Positions 13,767 through 25,309 of a stretch of 64,000 bases of DNA are shown in pieces. The position numbers and the translations under genes are program-made. Source of the stretch: Lytechinus pictus (Eukaryota); assembly GCF_037042905.1 (NCBI RefSeq), contig NC_087245.1, positions 9,116,001 through 9,180,000 on the forward strand. The letters run 5' to 3'. Below the pieces are notes generated by a model. The model ran no database searches and was not told the origin of the DNA. It worked only from the letters and a program-made list of their open reading frames with translations. The stretch's first letter is position 1, and the number at the start of each line of letters is the position of its first letter.

Positions 13767-13777
13767 TGGGTGTGTGT
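13725..13777. repeat. (TG)n microsatellite
   Basis: Direct observation. Confidence 0.95.
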
Positions 13778-14295
13778 ACACTATGTAGGCCAGCAGGAAG
13801 CGTCCTCGGTTGGCGTACCTTGCTCGCGTATGTATTGAAATGAGCTTGGCTAGTGAATTAAATTCAATTTTAGAGTACATAAAACCTCAAACACACGTCC
13901 CAACTTTGGCAATTAGACCAAACAAAACAGTATGCACATGTTATGTACCTTTCTAGTAACTTCAGAAAATGCATACAATCATGATGGAGTATTCGATGTT
14001 ATACTCTTTTTATTTTCTCTCCTCTATTCTATCTGTTGAAATCAACTTAATGTTCGGATGATGTGGAAGTTCTTACTCTCGTGACACAAAATTTAGTGAT
14101 TATTCAAACCATTTATTTTTTTACGATTGATATTCTGGTTAAAATGCAATGATTCTTTTTGTGATCAAATGTCTTGTATTACCGTGTCCTGGTTATGGGA
14201 TGGAAGGGTGGAAGAAAATATATTTGTAAATGTTGGTTATGATAATCAACTCAAAATTTTAATTACCAAAATTGTCAAAATACTAACCTTATTTT

Positions 14296-15603
14296 CAGTG
14301 GCGTAGCGTGGGTCATGGCATGGGGGCGGCACCAGCAAAAATTTTGAGTCGCGCAAAGCGCGCTCAATAGCCGGGTAAACTGACATAATAGAGACATTTT
14401 AAGGACTGTGCCATTATAATGATATGTATCTCACTGACCAAATAACGCGAGCGCGAGCTGACATTTTTTTTATATTCAGACTAAAAAAGGGACACTATAA
14501 GCAAATTATTGAATCATGATACGTGTGCGTACCTGTCTTACTAAACAAACAATGCAAGCTCGAACCACGAGCTGAATATTGACCGCAAACAGGGACATTT
14601 TAAGGACTATTATTTAGGAATTCATGAAGAGCATACAATCTCACCATAAACGTCTAATTCGAGCGCCAAGCGCGTGATGATCTTTTTTAGAATTACACCT
14701 AAACACATGAAGCACTTTTAGTAGTCATTGTTATCATGAACATGATACATATCTCACAAATCAAATATTGTGAGCGCGGAGCGCGAGCTGCAGAATTTTT
14801 GATATTCAGACCTGAAGAACAACATTCTATGGCTTGCAGTACTTCATTAAGACCATACGCATTTCCCTAACCAAATGATGAGCTCGAGCTGAAACATTTT
14901 TTATATTCAGACCAGAAAAAGGGATATTTTAAGGAGTGTTTTTAGGAATTCAAGAAGAGCAGACAAATCTCACCAGTCTATGCGAACGTAAGCATGGACT
15001 GAAATTTTTTTATATTCATACTTTAAAAGGGTGCAGTCACTCTAAGTAGTCATAAAAAAGAATCATAATATGTGTCACCACATGAAATAATAACAGCTTG
15101 AAGTGCGAGGATATATATTTGGTGTATATCGACTTGAAAACAAAATGTTTTAGTACCATTTAATCTCCTTGAACAGGTGTACCATTTATCTCATTAAACA
15201 GACAGTGCGGACACGTGTTTCTTGACGTTAAAACAAATCTTATTATAATAAAATATCATATAAGATGGGTTGTATGAGAGAAGGCTTCTGATTGGTCAAT
15301 TGCCCTCTTCTTGAAAATTACGTAATCCGGTAAATGGCCACGATATATTTCAACTCGGCCTGCGACCTCGTTAAAATATAAACGCACGCGAGAAAAATGA
15401 AATCTATGAACACTCATATTATGGCATATGAAACTCCTCAGCATGCACTAAATGTATAATATGACATAATATAATATGATACAATAATCCCTTCTTCCTT
15501 CCCCACTACGTTTCTCTTTCTTGTCCCTTTTTTTCTCCTTCCCCCGGGTTTTTTTTGCCAGCCGATGGGAAGGGGGGGACGTGCCCCCATAGTCACACTA
15601 CTG
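14296..15603. mobile_element. ~1.3-kb hAT-like non-autonomous element (inverted copy of the family at 19101-20261)
   Basis: Starts CAGTGGCGTAGCGTGGGTC, ends ..CACTACTG. Flanks are CTTATTTT (14288-14295) and CTTATTTC (15604-15611), a 7/8 match to an 8-bp TSD. Internal GCGAGCGC..GCGCGAGCTG subrepeats. Confidence 0.75.
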
Positions 15604-18600
15604 CTTATTTCGCTAATACTAGCCACGTGCCTACATTCATGACATTAGATGGTAATTCGTTTCTTCATTATGGATCATGAGATTTGTGTAGATCAGAATC
15701 CAATCCCATCAAACTAATATTGATTGGACAGCGTAATATCATATTCCCTTTCTACAAAATTAATATTTACAAAAATTTAAGGGCAATTATTCTAGTAACA
15801 GTAGAAAAGGGCAAAAAAAATTATAAACAATTGTGAGACAGGTAGCCCCTCGCTCGTAACAAATAAAGATCATAAGTATAGATAATTGAATTGAATTACT
15901 TATGTTAGACACTTTCTTATAAATGGGTTTAATCAAATATTACAGATATGTTGATTATAGCATAAAGGCCGGATTGCAGCCCTGCCTATCTGATCGCGGA
16001 ATGGTCTGATGAAAGAAGAGAAGGGCGTGGTCATCAAATATCATTTTTATTCCCGTCACTAATATTGTCATTACATAGGGAGATGGCATGCCGGGGAGTT
16101 CTCATTTTCTTTTTATGGTTTATTTATTTCAAGTAAATCAATCGTACACATACTGCAGCTAAAAAGTTGAAATGTATGCATTTACAGAGGTATAGCAATT
16201 TCACAATACATGTAGAATAAGACAATGATATAATAATGATAAAACTAATGGCACATTAAGGAAAATCCAGTGTACATTATGAAACTATGGTGGAAATATT
16301 GACAAAAAGGTATTGCACTATGTTTAAAACGGGAGGTCCTGCATCTGTATCGCATATACATGTACTTTTGCGTAAAGTCATGCTATCAACGTTCCTTTCC
16401 GGTAACCAGATTTTACAAGGCGGGTTTTGCTAACAGATTTGCTAACAATGCAAAATCATGATATAATTGTTTGCGTCTATCTGTTAATGTATTCAGTTTA
16501 CATCGTTTTAAACATCTTCATAATTCAAATGATTTTTTTTTTGCCTAGTATAATCTTACAAACTTTTTTTCTGGATTCTTTCTAATTTCTGTCATGATCA
16601 ATATTCAATAAATCAATGCATGTCTTTCCTGGAGCATGTTCTGTCCATCACCGTTGCTGATTATATCCTGGTACAGGAAGCCAGACATGATAGAATATAA
16701 CAAAACAATCAACACGAAATAAGATTATACCAAGGGCATGCAAAAGATTTGTATTATAAACTTGGCATCTTTAGTCTCTTCCAACTTGTCTCTGTCCACC
16801 TCATTTAATTCTGTGAACACTATAATGGGAAAATAGGTGTGCAAAAGATATCGCAACGTAATCTTTTTCCACACTTCCTCAGAAGCCCAGAAAACCTTGC
16901 ATGAAGATATATTTTAATCTTCCTCGAGTATTACCTATCTCCGGCTAACCAATTTCCAGGTCACCCAGGTGTCACCCTTTCGTGAACTCTCTAAATTACA
17001 TCACTTTCGTAATAATATTTGCACAGAATTAGGACTACGAAACTTATGACAAATAAATATTTGATCACAAAGGAAGAAAAATCGCCGCTGAAGTGGACGC
17101 AGTGCTGCCCCCATGAACTCATTTGGTTTTTGTCGGCAAATACACCAAAGGAGATGAAACAATAGGTGGATGGTGGAAAAGGGAAATTAAAGAAAATGAC
17201 AAGATAAAATGAAACGACTTTAGAGGAAAGGGAAGAATGATTTCTAATTTTTTTTCTTCATTTCTTGTTTTTATTTTTGTTCTTAATATCATTTGATTCC
17301 TCTTCTTTCTCCTACCTCTCTCTGTACCACATCATATCCCATTTCACAAACACCAGTGGCAAATGAACTCAGATTGAAGGAAATGCCTTTTAAAACCGCT
17401 TGCTTGCTTTTGCATTGTGTTACGATACTGCAACAAATAACAATGAAAAAAAATTAAAATTTAAACTTGATTTCCCTTTTTTTTTATTACAGGAAATATA
17501 ACAATCATAACAAAACACAAATAAATATATATTGGTATATATATATCAATCTCTTGAAGTGCTAGAGGTAAAATTCCGAAGTGATGATACTATATCCAAG
17601 TAATAATCCAAGTAGGTTGGCGATCGAAGATTCCGTATAAAATGAAAGTTCACAATGATGGCGATGATGAAACTGATGTTGAAGCACGATGACGATGAAA
17701 GATAAGTCACTGTAACGAGTTGAAATGTCCGTGAAGACGATGTTGATGATGATTAACAGTCAATTTCAGCAATCCATGGGTTGAAGAGTGTTCATTAAAA
17801 CAGGTTGATGATCTCGATGAGAACTGAGAATTCCTGTCGCAAAATAACTGCAAACAGTTCATTGATGGTGGTGTGCAAGTAATTCCACAGAAGATAAATA
17901 TTCCAGGTGGAAATAAAGTCTGCTCTGGCATAAGTCTGGCGTGAAACTCTTAGCTCTGATCTGATATGATTTATCCTTGAAGAAGCTTATATACAAATTA
18001 TTCACTATTCTAGAGGCTTGTCTAGTATTGTCTACAAAAAGAACATTCTCCTTCTTTCTGGAGCAATCAAATTCTAAAACCTTCTTGAATGACCTCACTG
18101 CCCGAGGAAGCTCTATTGTCCGCCTTAAATAACAAAATTCCTCAGCCTATTGTGTAGCCTTCTCCATCATGTATCTTTGCAAATTGCAGAAATAACAGAA
18201 ATTACTTTATCTCATTAAATATAGTGCCTAATAAAACTTTACTGCCAGGACATTCTGGAATATTCTTAAAGAGAAAATAACTAAATAAATGAATGTAATT
18301 ACTCTTACAATTCTTCTTATATATAACAATCTGAAAGTATATTGATAATAGATATCGTATTACAAAACTGAGTATGCATTATGTTTTTATATAATAGTTT
18401 TGGTAAACAAAGTCATTCGGGTAAGATGATCTAATCTACAGAAAATTCAAATAATCGTGGTCTTTACCCTATGTATATTGCAAAATATGAGGTCTTCTGT
18501 ATTTAGATAATGTTTTTTTTTTCTTTCTCGATTCGCTCGCTATAAAAATTTAAGACCGGGCATTTCCTGACATTAAACGTGGTGATAGGGTCCATGCCGT

Positions 18601-19100
18601 TCTTACAGTACAAGGGTGCGGAAGAAATTTGAAAGGGATGGGGCTGAACTGGAATTTGGGAATGAACATGTCTTATTATGATGGTAATTTTTACGCCTGT
18701 CTACATAATTACAGAAAAAAGGTGATGTAGTCCCCAGCCCCCTCCCTTTGTTCCGCAATATAACTATCCTTTAGATCTATATTTATTTTGTCCCTCATTT
18801 TGATATATTCGAACTTATAAGTTGTCCTATTTTTCTCACTCTTTTATCATGTGTATTTTTCCTTCTGATTTGAAGAGCCATTCATTACCATCCCCTTATT
18901 CGACCTTTACCTTTCAAAATGTGTTTCCATCGTTTTTATAGTATAGGTCACGTTCTTATTGTTTCAACTGATATTTATTATGTCATAATCACGATAAAGT
19001 ACATGTTTGTTCTCCAACTTTTGACAAGATAAAATATTAGATTGCAAATCAGAACAATGTGTAAATATCAATTTCCTTATGATTAGTGTTATATTGTAAA

Positions 19101-20261
19101 CAGTGGCGTAACTACGGGGGGGGGGGCATGGGGCACGTGCCCCCCCCCCCCCCCATCGGCTGGCAAAAAAAAAACGGGGGAAAAGGAGAAAAAGAGGGAG
19201 AAAGGAAGAGAAACGTAGTGGGAAAGAAGAAATTATTGTTCATTAAAATGTTATATTATAATTATGCTATGTTATATTACATAAGAAACATTTTTTTTTC
19301 ATTACTTTATATGAAACATAATTTGCTCAGGGCCTGTCTTCATTGTTCCTAGTGCTCGCATTGTCTGTTTAACGAGATATATAATCCTGTTGTACTCAAA
19401 CCTCCCGTTTTCAAGTCAATATAAGCCAAATATATTTCTCGCACTTCGAGTTATTATTGTTTTATATAGTGACATAATTATGCTTCTTTTTCATGAATAC
19501 TTAAAGTGATCGCCCCATTATAATGTCTTAATATTAAACATTTCCTGTCCGTGCTTACGTTTGCATCAGTGGATTGGTGAGATGTGTCTGCTCTTCATGA
19601 ATTCCTAAAATCAGTCCTTAAAATGTCCCTTTTTCTAATCTGAATACCAAAAATTTTCAGCTCATGCTTCGCGCTCGCATAATTTGGTTAATAAAATACG
19701 TATTGTCTTAGTGCATTCCTACAAACCAGCCTTAAAATGCCCCTCTTCAGGTCTGAATTTCTTTAATTTTCCCTTCTAAAGTCCTTGCAATACTCGATTA
19801 GAGAGATGCGGATGATAATTACAATGAGTGCAATTGCTTCATGTGTTTAGATGTACAAAATCGGCAAGCGCTTGGTACTCGAATAAGATGACTATGGTGA
19901 TTGGTGAGATATGTATACTCCTAATGGATTCCTAAAATATAGTCCTTAAAATGTCCCTGTTTGGGGTCAATATATAAAAAAAATTCAGCTCGCGCTTCGC
20001 GCTCGCATTGTTTGTTTAGCGAGACAGGTACGTATCATCATAACAAAAAATTGCTTAAAATGTCCCTTTTTAGGTCTGAATATCAAAAATGTATATACTC
20101 GCATTATTTGATCAGTGGGATACATATTTGTTTTATGGCACTATCCTTAAAATGTCTCTATTAGGTCAGTAAACCTGGCAACTGAGCGCGCTCACTAAGT
20201 GACTCAAAATTGTTCTGGTGCCCCCCCCCCCCCCCATGCCGTGACCCACGGTACGCCACTG
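19101..20261. mobile_element. ~1.16-kb hAT-like non-autonomous element
   Basis: TIR CAGTGGCGTA ... TACGCCACTG. The body is the reverse complement of 14296-15603. Confidence 0.8.
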
Positions 20262-20939
20262 ATTTGTAAAGTTGTATTCTCCCCCCTTTCTAAATTTTCG
20301 AAGCTCATTTTGATCTATTTTGGTCTTTTTCATACTATGAATATGGCATTCACTGTTCACGTGCCATTCGTCGACCGGACAAAAAAAACGAATGTATCTA
20401 ACTCTCTAATGAAATTTTATGTGGTACTAGGGAATACCAGATTGGCAATAAAATCATTTGTATGAAAGAACCCCCCACGTAAAAGAAAAGACTGAAGCAA
20501 ATGGATAGGAAAAGGATAATTATTGTTGAAAAAAATAGATAACAAAATACTAGGCCTTCGTATACACGAAGTAAGCAAACACAAGCAATCATATTTATCC
20601 TCTTGTAATAATCACAATAAAAATACTTACATTGTATTATCATTATTATTTGATTCCTCGGTTGTTTTCTTCTCAGTGCTTCTGTTCATAATTTTTATTA
20701 GTCTCCTGTAAATTATTCAGACAGTTATATGTCTCAGGCATTCCATACGCACGATCGATCTCAGAAAAGGACACGATTCAGAATGGAGATCAAAGTTTCG
20801 AGATCGTTTTAGAGATCGGTTGAAGTGACGTGTTTGCCAACAAAGTTTGACCTGAACGACTTCATTTATTTAAACGAAGTGCAATTGTATCTGGATTAGG
20901 ACGAATTTTATTTTTTTTATGTGTGACTGTTTGAACGCC

Positions 20940-21069
20940 CTCAGGGACAACGGTAGACCAGCAGCACCATGATTGATGCTGCTGAGTAGGGGCATCCTCC
21001 CGTTTTCATTTGTCAATATCATTTTATATGTATTGTTATCATTTTTAACGGAAATAAATTCAATTCAAT
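20940..21069 (+). mobile_element. 5'-truncated 3' end of the same LINE family as 47300-51869
   Basis: Shares CCAGCAGCACC.TGATTGATGCTGCTGAGTAGGG.CATCCTCCCGTTTT and the CGGAAATAAATTCAATTCAA tail with 51730-51869. Confidence 0.85.
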
Positions 21070-21651
21070 ATATCGACGGAACCGACTCAAGATTGACCTT
21101 CGGATTTGTCGGTATGACTATATAGCATAAATCAGTGGGCTGCAGTTGACTTGTCCTACTTCATGTATTCGATGGAATCTCACCTGGATGTGAATTAGTT
21201 TTCCAAATCAACAAACATCAGCTACAACATGTATTTAACAAAACGATGCGCCCGAATTTATTACCCGGTCATACCCGTGATCGATTCATTACTACAAACT
21301 CATGGGGTAGCCTATGATGCTAAAAATTCTAAGAGATGGAGGCTTTCTTTTTCAAGGTTTGTAAATGTCTTGAAATCAGTGTAGTTTAAAGGGATGTGCG
21401 GGCTGAAAATGTTTATATCTGAATAAAAAGGGTAGAATTTACAAAGCAAAATGTTGAAAATTTCATCAGAATCGAACAATAAATAACGAAGTTATTGAAT
21501 TTTAAAGTTTAGCAATATTTTGTGAAAAGGCACGTCATCATGAATATTGATTAGGTGGGTTCATGACGTCACGTCACCACTTTCCTTTTTCTTATGTTAT
21601 GACATGAAATCAAAATTCAGATGATCTTTGTAGGTTTGCATGGTGGAGTTT

Positions 21652-22142
21652 ATAACGTGGAGAAGGTTTACGGTTCACCATGTGTAATATGAAGAAGGGA
21701 AGGAAATACAGGCAGGAAAATTGAAATAGAAAGACGAGAAAGGATGAAAAGAGGAAATTAGAAGGATTCTTTTCTTGAAAGTGAGTGAAGTCCTGAAAAG
21801 GACTGTAAACCAGATGAGATGAGCTGAATATGGCTTGAGCTAGTAGCGATGGTTTGACTAGTAGCAGGATGACAGTCAACCTGCCCGAAATGTCGAGTAA
21901 CCTTCATCCTGCTACTACTAAACCTACTACTAAACAATCGCTATACTCAAGCCATATTCAGCTCATCCATGTCATCTCATCTGGTTTACAGTCCTTTTCA
22001 GGACTTCACTCACTTTCAAGAAAAGAATACTTCTAATTTCCTCTTTTCATCTTTTCTCGTCTTTCCATTAAAAATTTTCTGGCTGTATTTCCTTCCCTTC
22101 TTCATTTTACACATGGTGAACCGTAAACCTTCTCCACGTTAT
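21652..22142. mobile_element. ~490-bp near-palindromic element, probably an inverted Penelope-like terminal repeat; left-truncated copies start units 2 and 3 of the triplication
   Basis: ATAACGTGGAGAAGGTTTACGGTTCACCATGTG ... CACATGGTGAACCGTAAACCTTCTCCACGTTAT. The apex has a hammerhead-like stem plus GAAA (G(A/G)CAG-TCAAC-CTGCC-CGAAATGTCGAG). The palindrome is seen directly; the class is inferred. Confidence 0.6.
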
Positions 22143-22706
22143 GAAATCATAATTGTTTCATTTATTGTGTGTAAATTATATGTCTTCATTATAATGAAAC
22201 AAGCTGCAGCAAGGAGTATCTAATGCACTAAATGAGTTGTCATTCTTATTTGTTAAGTTCATGTTAGAAAAAAATTGAATATAAACCTAATTTCATATAA
22301 TAAAATACAAAAGAACAAGTAGGGATATGAAATGATCGGTTTGCTCATAGAATATTCGTGAAGACATGCCTAGAACTTTTTAGAACTAAAGAGAACTAAC
22401 TCTGTGCTACAACTAGCTGCATGTCCTTACAATGCATTGCCCCAATCGTCTTTGCCATGTAAGGTGCCTAATGATCTCGAAAAAAGCACAATATGGATGG
22501 ATGGCCGTTGCACTTTGTGTGTGTTTGTTTGTCAGCAGCGCATAATTTGCAATTAAAGGAGAATGAAACCCTTGAAACCAGCTGAATCCATATCAAAGAG
22601 AAAAATCAAAGAACCATGGTAACAAAATCGTTATTTGGGCCGCAATTTTTGCTAGCCTCTGATAGCGGATGAAGTGGGTAGGGGTGTGTAGCTTGTATTT
22701 TGTATG

Positions 22707-22926
22707 CACTCTAAAAATATTCGTTAAAAGTGCTCCATGAGGGTAATCATGTGTCCAACCAACATTGGGCATTTCTTTTATTTATCCAGTGTGATGAAAA
22801 TTTTGCCATTCTAAAGTAATTGGTGCTTATTTTTTAACCTTACTGGACAATATGCTTCCCCAAATTGGTTGGAGACATAATCGTGTCGTGGTGGTAAAAA
22901 TTTTACCCAATATTTTTTTTACAGTG
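22707..22926. mobile_element. CACTA/CMC-like MITE (also present in units 2 and 3)
   Basis: TG|CACTCTAAAAA ... TTTTTACAGTG|TG: CACT/AGTG termini with a 2-bp TSD. Confidence 0.6.
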
Positions 22927-24615
22927 TGGGTGTCAGCCTGTGCGCCCAAATGTAATAGAATGAATGTAAAGGCGGTCTTCCTCTATTATATTATTTGAAC
23001 TATAAGGATATTTCAATTCAATTTAAATAAACATTCAATTTCTTCAAATTTCACCAATTATCATTTTTCAATATGAATTATACAAAATTATTTGTCATAA
23101 AAAATAGATATATAACATTTTTTCACAAACATCTGTTAACAAACATTTTTGTTACCCACTATATACATGAATTTAGATGTTTTTAATCTACCTGATTATC
23201 TGTTTATTTTTTTCCTTTAATTCTTCCTAAATTGATCCAGGAAGGGTCGCGCTACACGATCACAAACTGAAAATAGTGACAATGGAAAAAGTGATCTATA
23301 TGATTTGATTTGTTTTTATTACTTTAGCCAAGGGGAAAATACCTCATTAATAATTGACTAAATGAAGGACAAGATTTGTTATTTTCATTACATACTAAGA
23401 TGAGTTACAAAAGACTTAGTCGAGAGGATTGTCTTTCAGAACAAAAATCTGTCTGTTTTATAATAGCCAAAGGGCACATAGATAATGAAGAGCGTGTCGA
23501 AGTTGTGATATCATTATGAAACATATATTTTAGCCGTTGGTCACAAATCGTAAGATTTTACGGGGGAGTGACAACTTATAAGGCTTTAATTTACTTTCTG
23601 TCAATAGCCAAGACACTTTACTGCGTACATGTTACCGGGATAGCAGTACGTTCTATCAAGGGTCGACAGAATGTTCAATCTCATGTAACAATACAAGCAA
23701 CCGTTAATATTCGAAGGAACCTATTTCAAGACAAGTGTTACTTCAGTTTATAAGGTAAGGGTAAAATAAGAATAGGGGTAATTTCGATAGATCTATTGAC
23801 CCCCCCCCCCCTTTATTTTTTAGTGAGTCTGATAGTTTTCGAATCATTAGCATACCATCCGGGCATATGAGTCAACGTATAGATGTAGTGCTTATGCTAT
23901 ATTATAGGGTAATCGTGTAACTCGATCATTCGAAAAAGGGCCCCTAATTTCCAAAAGGTGAGGTTAATGGATACTAAAAAATTAGCTTTTTGAATAGGTG
24001 CGCCTCGTCACAAGACTGGTGATATTTGTGAACGTTTGTGAAAGTTTCCTTTAAATGGCATGCGATTCTGAAACCTTTAATAACCCCATTTCAAGTCCTC
24101 AACTACTTTTATCTTGGCAAGATAATTCTAAACATTCTAAACAGTATAGTCTTGTGATATTTGCCCACTTGAATGGTAACACACTATTTCACTATACTCA
24201 GTACTTTCATACAGCAAAAACTATGTACCCAGTAGCAGTGGCGTACCTAGGATTTTCCACAGGGGGGGGGCAAAACCGTCCGCCCAAAAATTTGACAAGA
24301 AAAAAAAAAAAAAAAAAAAAAAGGTCTTCGAACACAAATAAAGGATTTCGTACCAGAAAAAAATTGACAAGCAAAAAAAAAATAATAAATAAATTTTGTT
24401 GGATTAAAGCATGAAAATTTCAACCTTGTTTCTCTTTTATATATATATATACATATATATAAATGTGTGAAGTTATACATGTACAACAGCTTTGGCAACT
24501 CTTTTAATCGTAAATATTGTAAAGAAATGAATTAAGAGAACAATGGTAGGCGTAGCTTAAATCAAGGTTCCCCAGAGCTTTCTACCCTTTGGAAAAATTG
24601 GTGATGCCGAAAAAA

Positions 24616-24682
24616 TGTATCTGCCGGGAATCGAACCCGGGCCCCCAGCTTTGAACGCCGGTGCCTTAACCACTAGACCACA
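24616..24682 (-). pseudogene. 5'-truncated inverted copy of the TCA-anticodon tRNA-like gene
   Basis: Reverse complement reads TGTGGTCTAGTGGTTAAGGCACCGGCGTTCAAAGCTGGGGGCCCGGGTTCGATTCCCGGCAGATACA; the 5' acceptor strand is lost at the inversion junction. Confidence 0.7.
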
Positions 24683-24831
24683 AAGCAATGGCTTTGATCC
24701 AGCTGAGGCATGGCGGCTTGTCATTGTTCAAAACCCACCTTCACCCGACAAAGGAAATTATAATTGGTATAATGTCAAAAATCTGTCTATCTGACGGTCA
24801 ATCGGATCGGGGTCGCCCTAGCCAATAACCC

Positions 24832-24902
24832 GTCTCTGTGGTCTAGTGGTTAAGGCACCGGCGTTCAAAGCTGGGGGCCCGGGTTCCATTCCGGCAGAGA
24901 CA
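24832..24902 (+). pseudogene. TCA-anticodon tRNA-like copy with damaged T-arm
   Basis: Perfect acceptor stem GTCTCTG/CAGAGAC, but the B box reads GGTTCCATTCC with a 1-nt loss in the T-stem. Confidence 0.7.
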
Positions 24903-25237
24903 TTTTTTCGGCATCACCAATTTTTCCAAAGGGTAGAAAGCTCTGGGGAACCTTGATTTAAGCTACGCCTACCATTGTTCTCTTCATTCATTTCTTTACA
25001 ATATTTAAAATTAAAAGAGTTGCCAAAGCTGTTGTACATGTATAACTTCACACATTTGTATACTTTCTCCCATACGTGTACTGTATCAAAGCAATGGCTT
25101 TGATCCAGCTGAGGCATGGCGGCTTGTCATTGTTCAAAACCCACCTTCACCCGACAAAGGAAATTATATTTGGTATAGTGTTGAAAATCTGTCTATCTGA
25201 CGGTCAATCGGATCGGGGTCGCCCTAGCCACTAACCC

Positions 25238-25309
25238 GTCACTGTGGTCTAGTGGTTAAGGCACCGGCGTTCAAAGCTGGGGGCCCGGGTTCGATTCCCG
25301 GCAGAGACA
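25238..25309 (+). tRNA. Repeat-borne tRNA-like gene, anticodon TCA (25271-25273), followed directly by TTTTTT
   Basis: 72-nt cloverleaf: acceptor GTCACTG/CAGAGAC (1 mismatch), D-stem GTCT/AGGC, anticodon stem CCGGC/GCTGG with loop GTTCAAA, 4-nt variable loop, T-stem CCGGG/CCCGG with loop TTCGATT. A box TGGTCTAGTGG, B box GGTTCGATTCC. Function unproven. Confidence 0.6.

Noticed and set aside
23568..23753. 61-aa ORF conserved in three copies
   Set aside because: The identity reflects the recent triplication; the start is non-ATG and there are no protein features.
25238..25309. Genuine selenocysteine tRNA gene
   Set aside because: It has a standard 7/5 cloverleaf with a 4-nt variable loop and sits in a repeat; it lacks the long variable arm and extended stems of tRNA-Sec.
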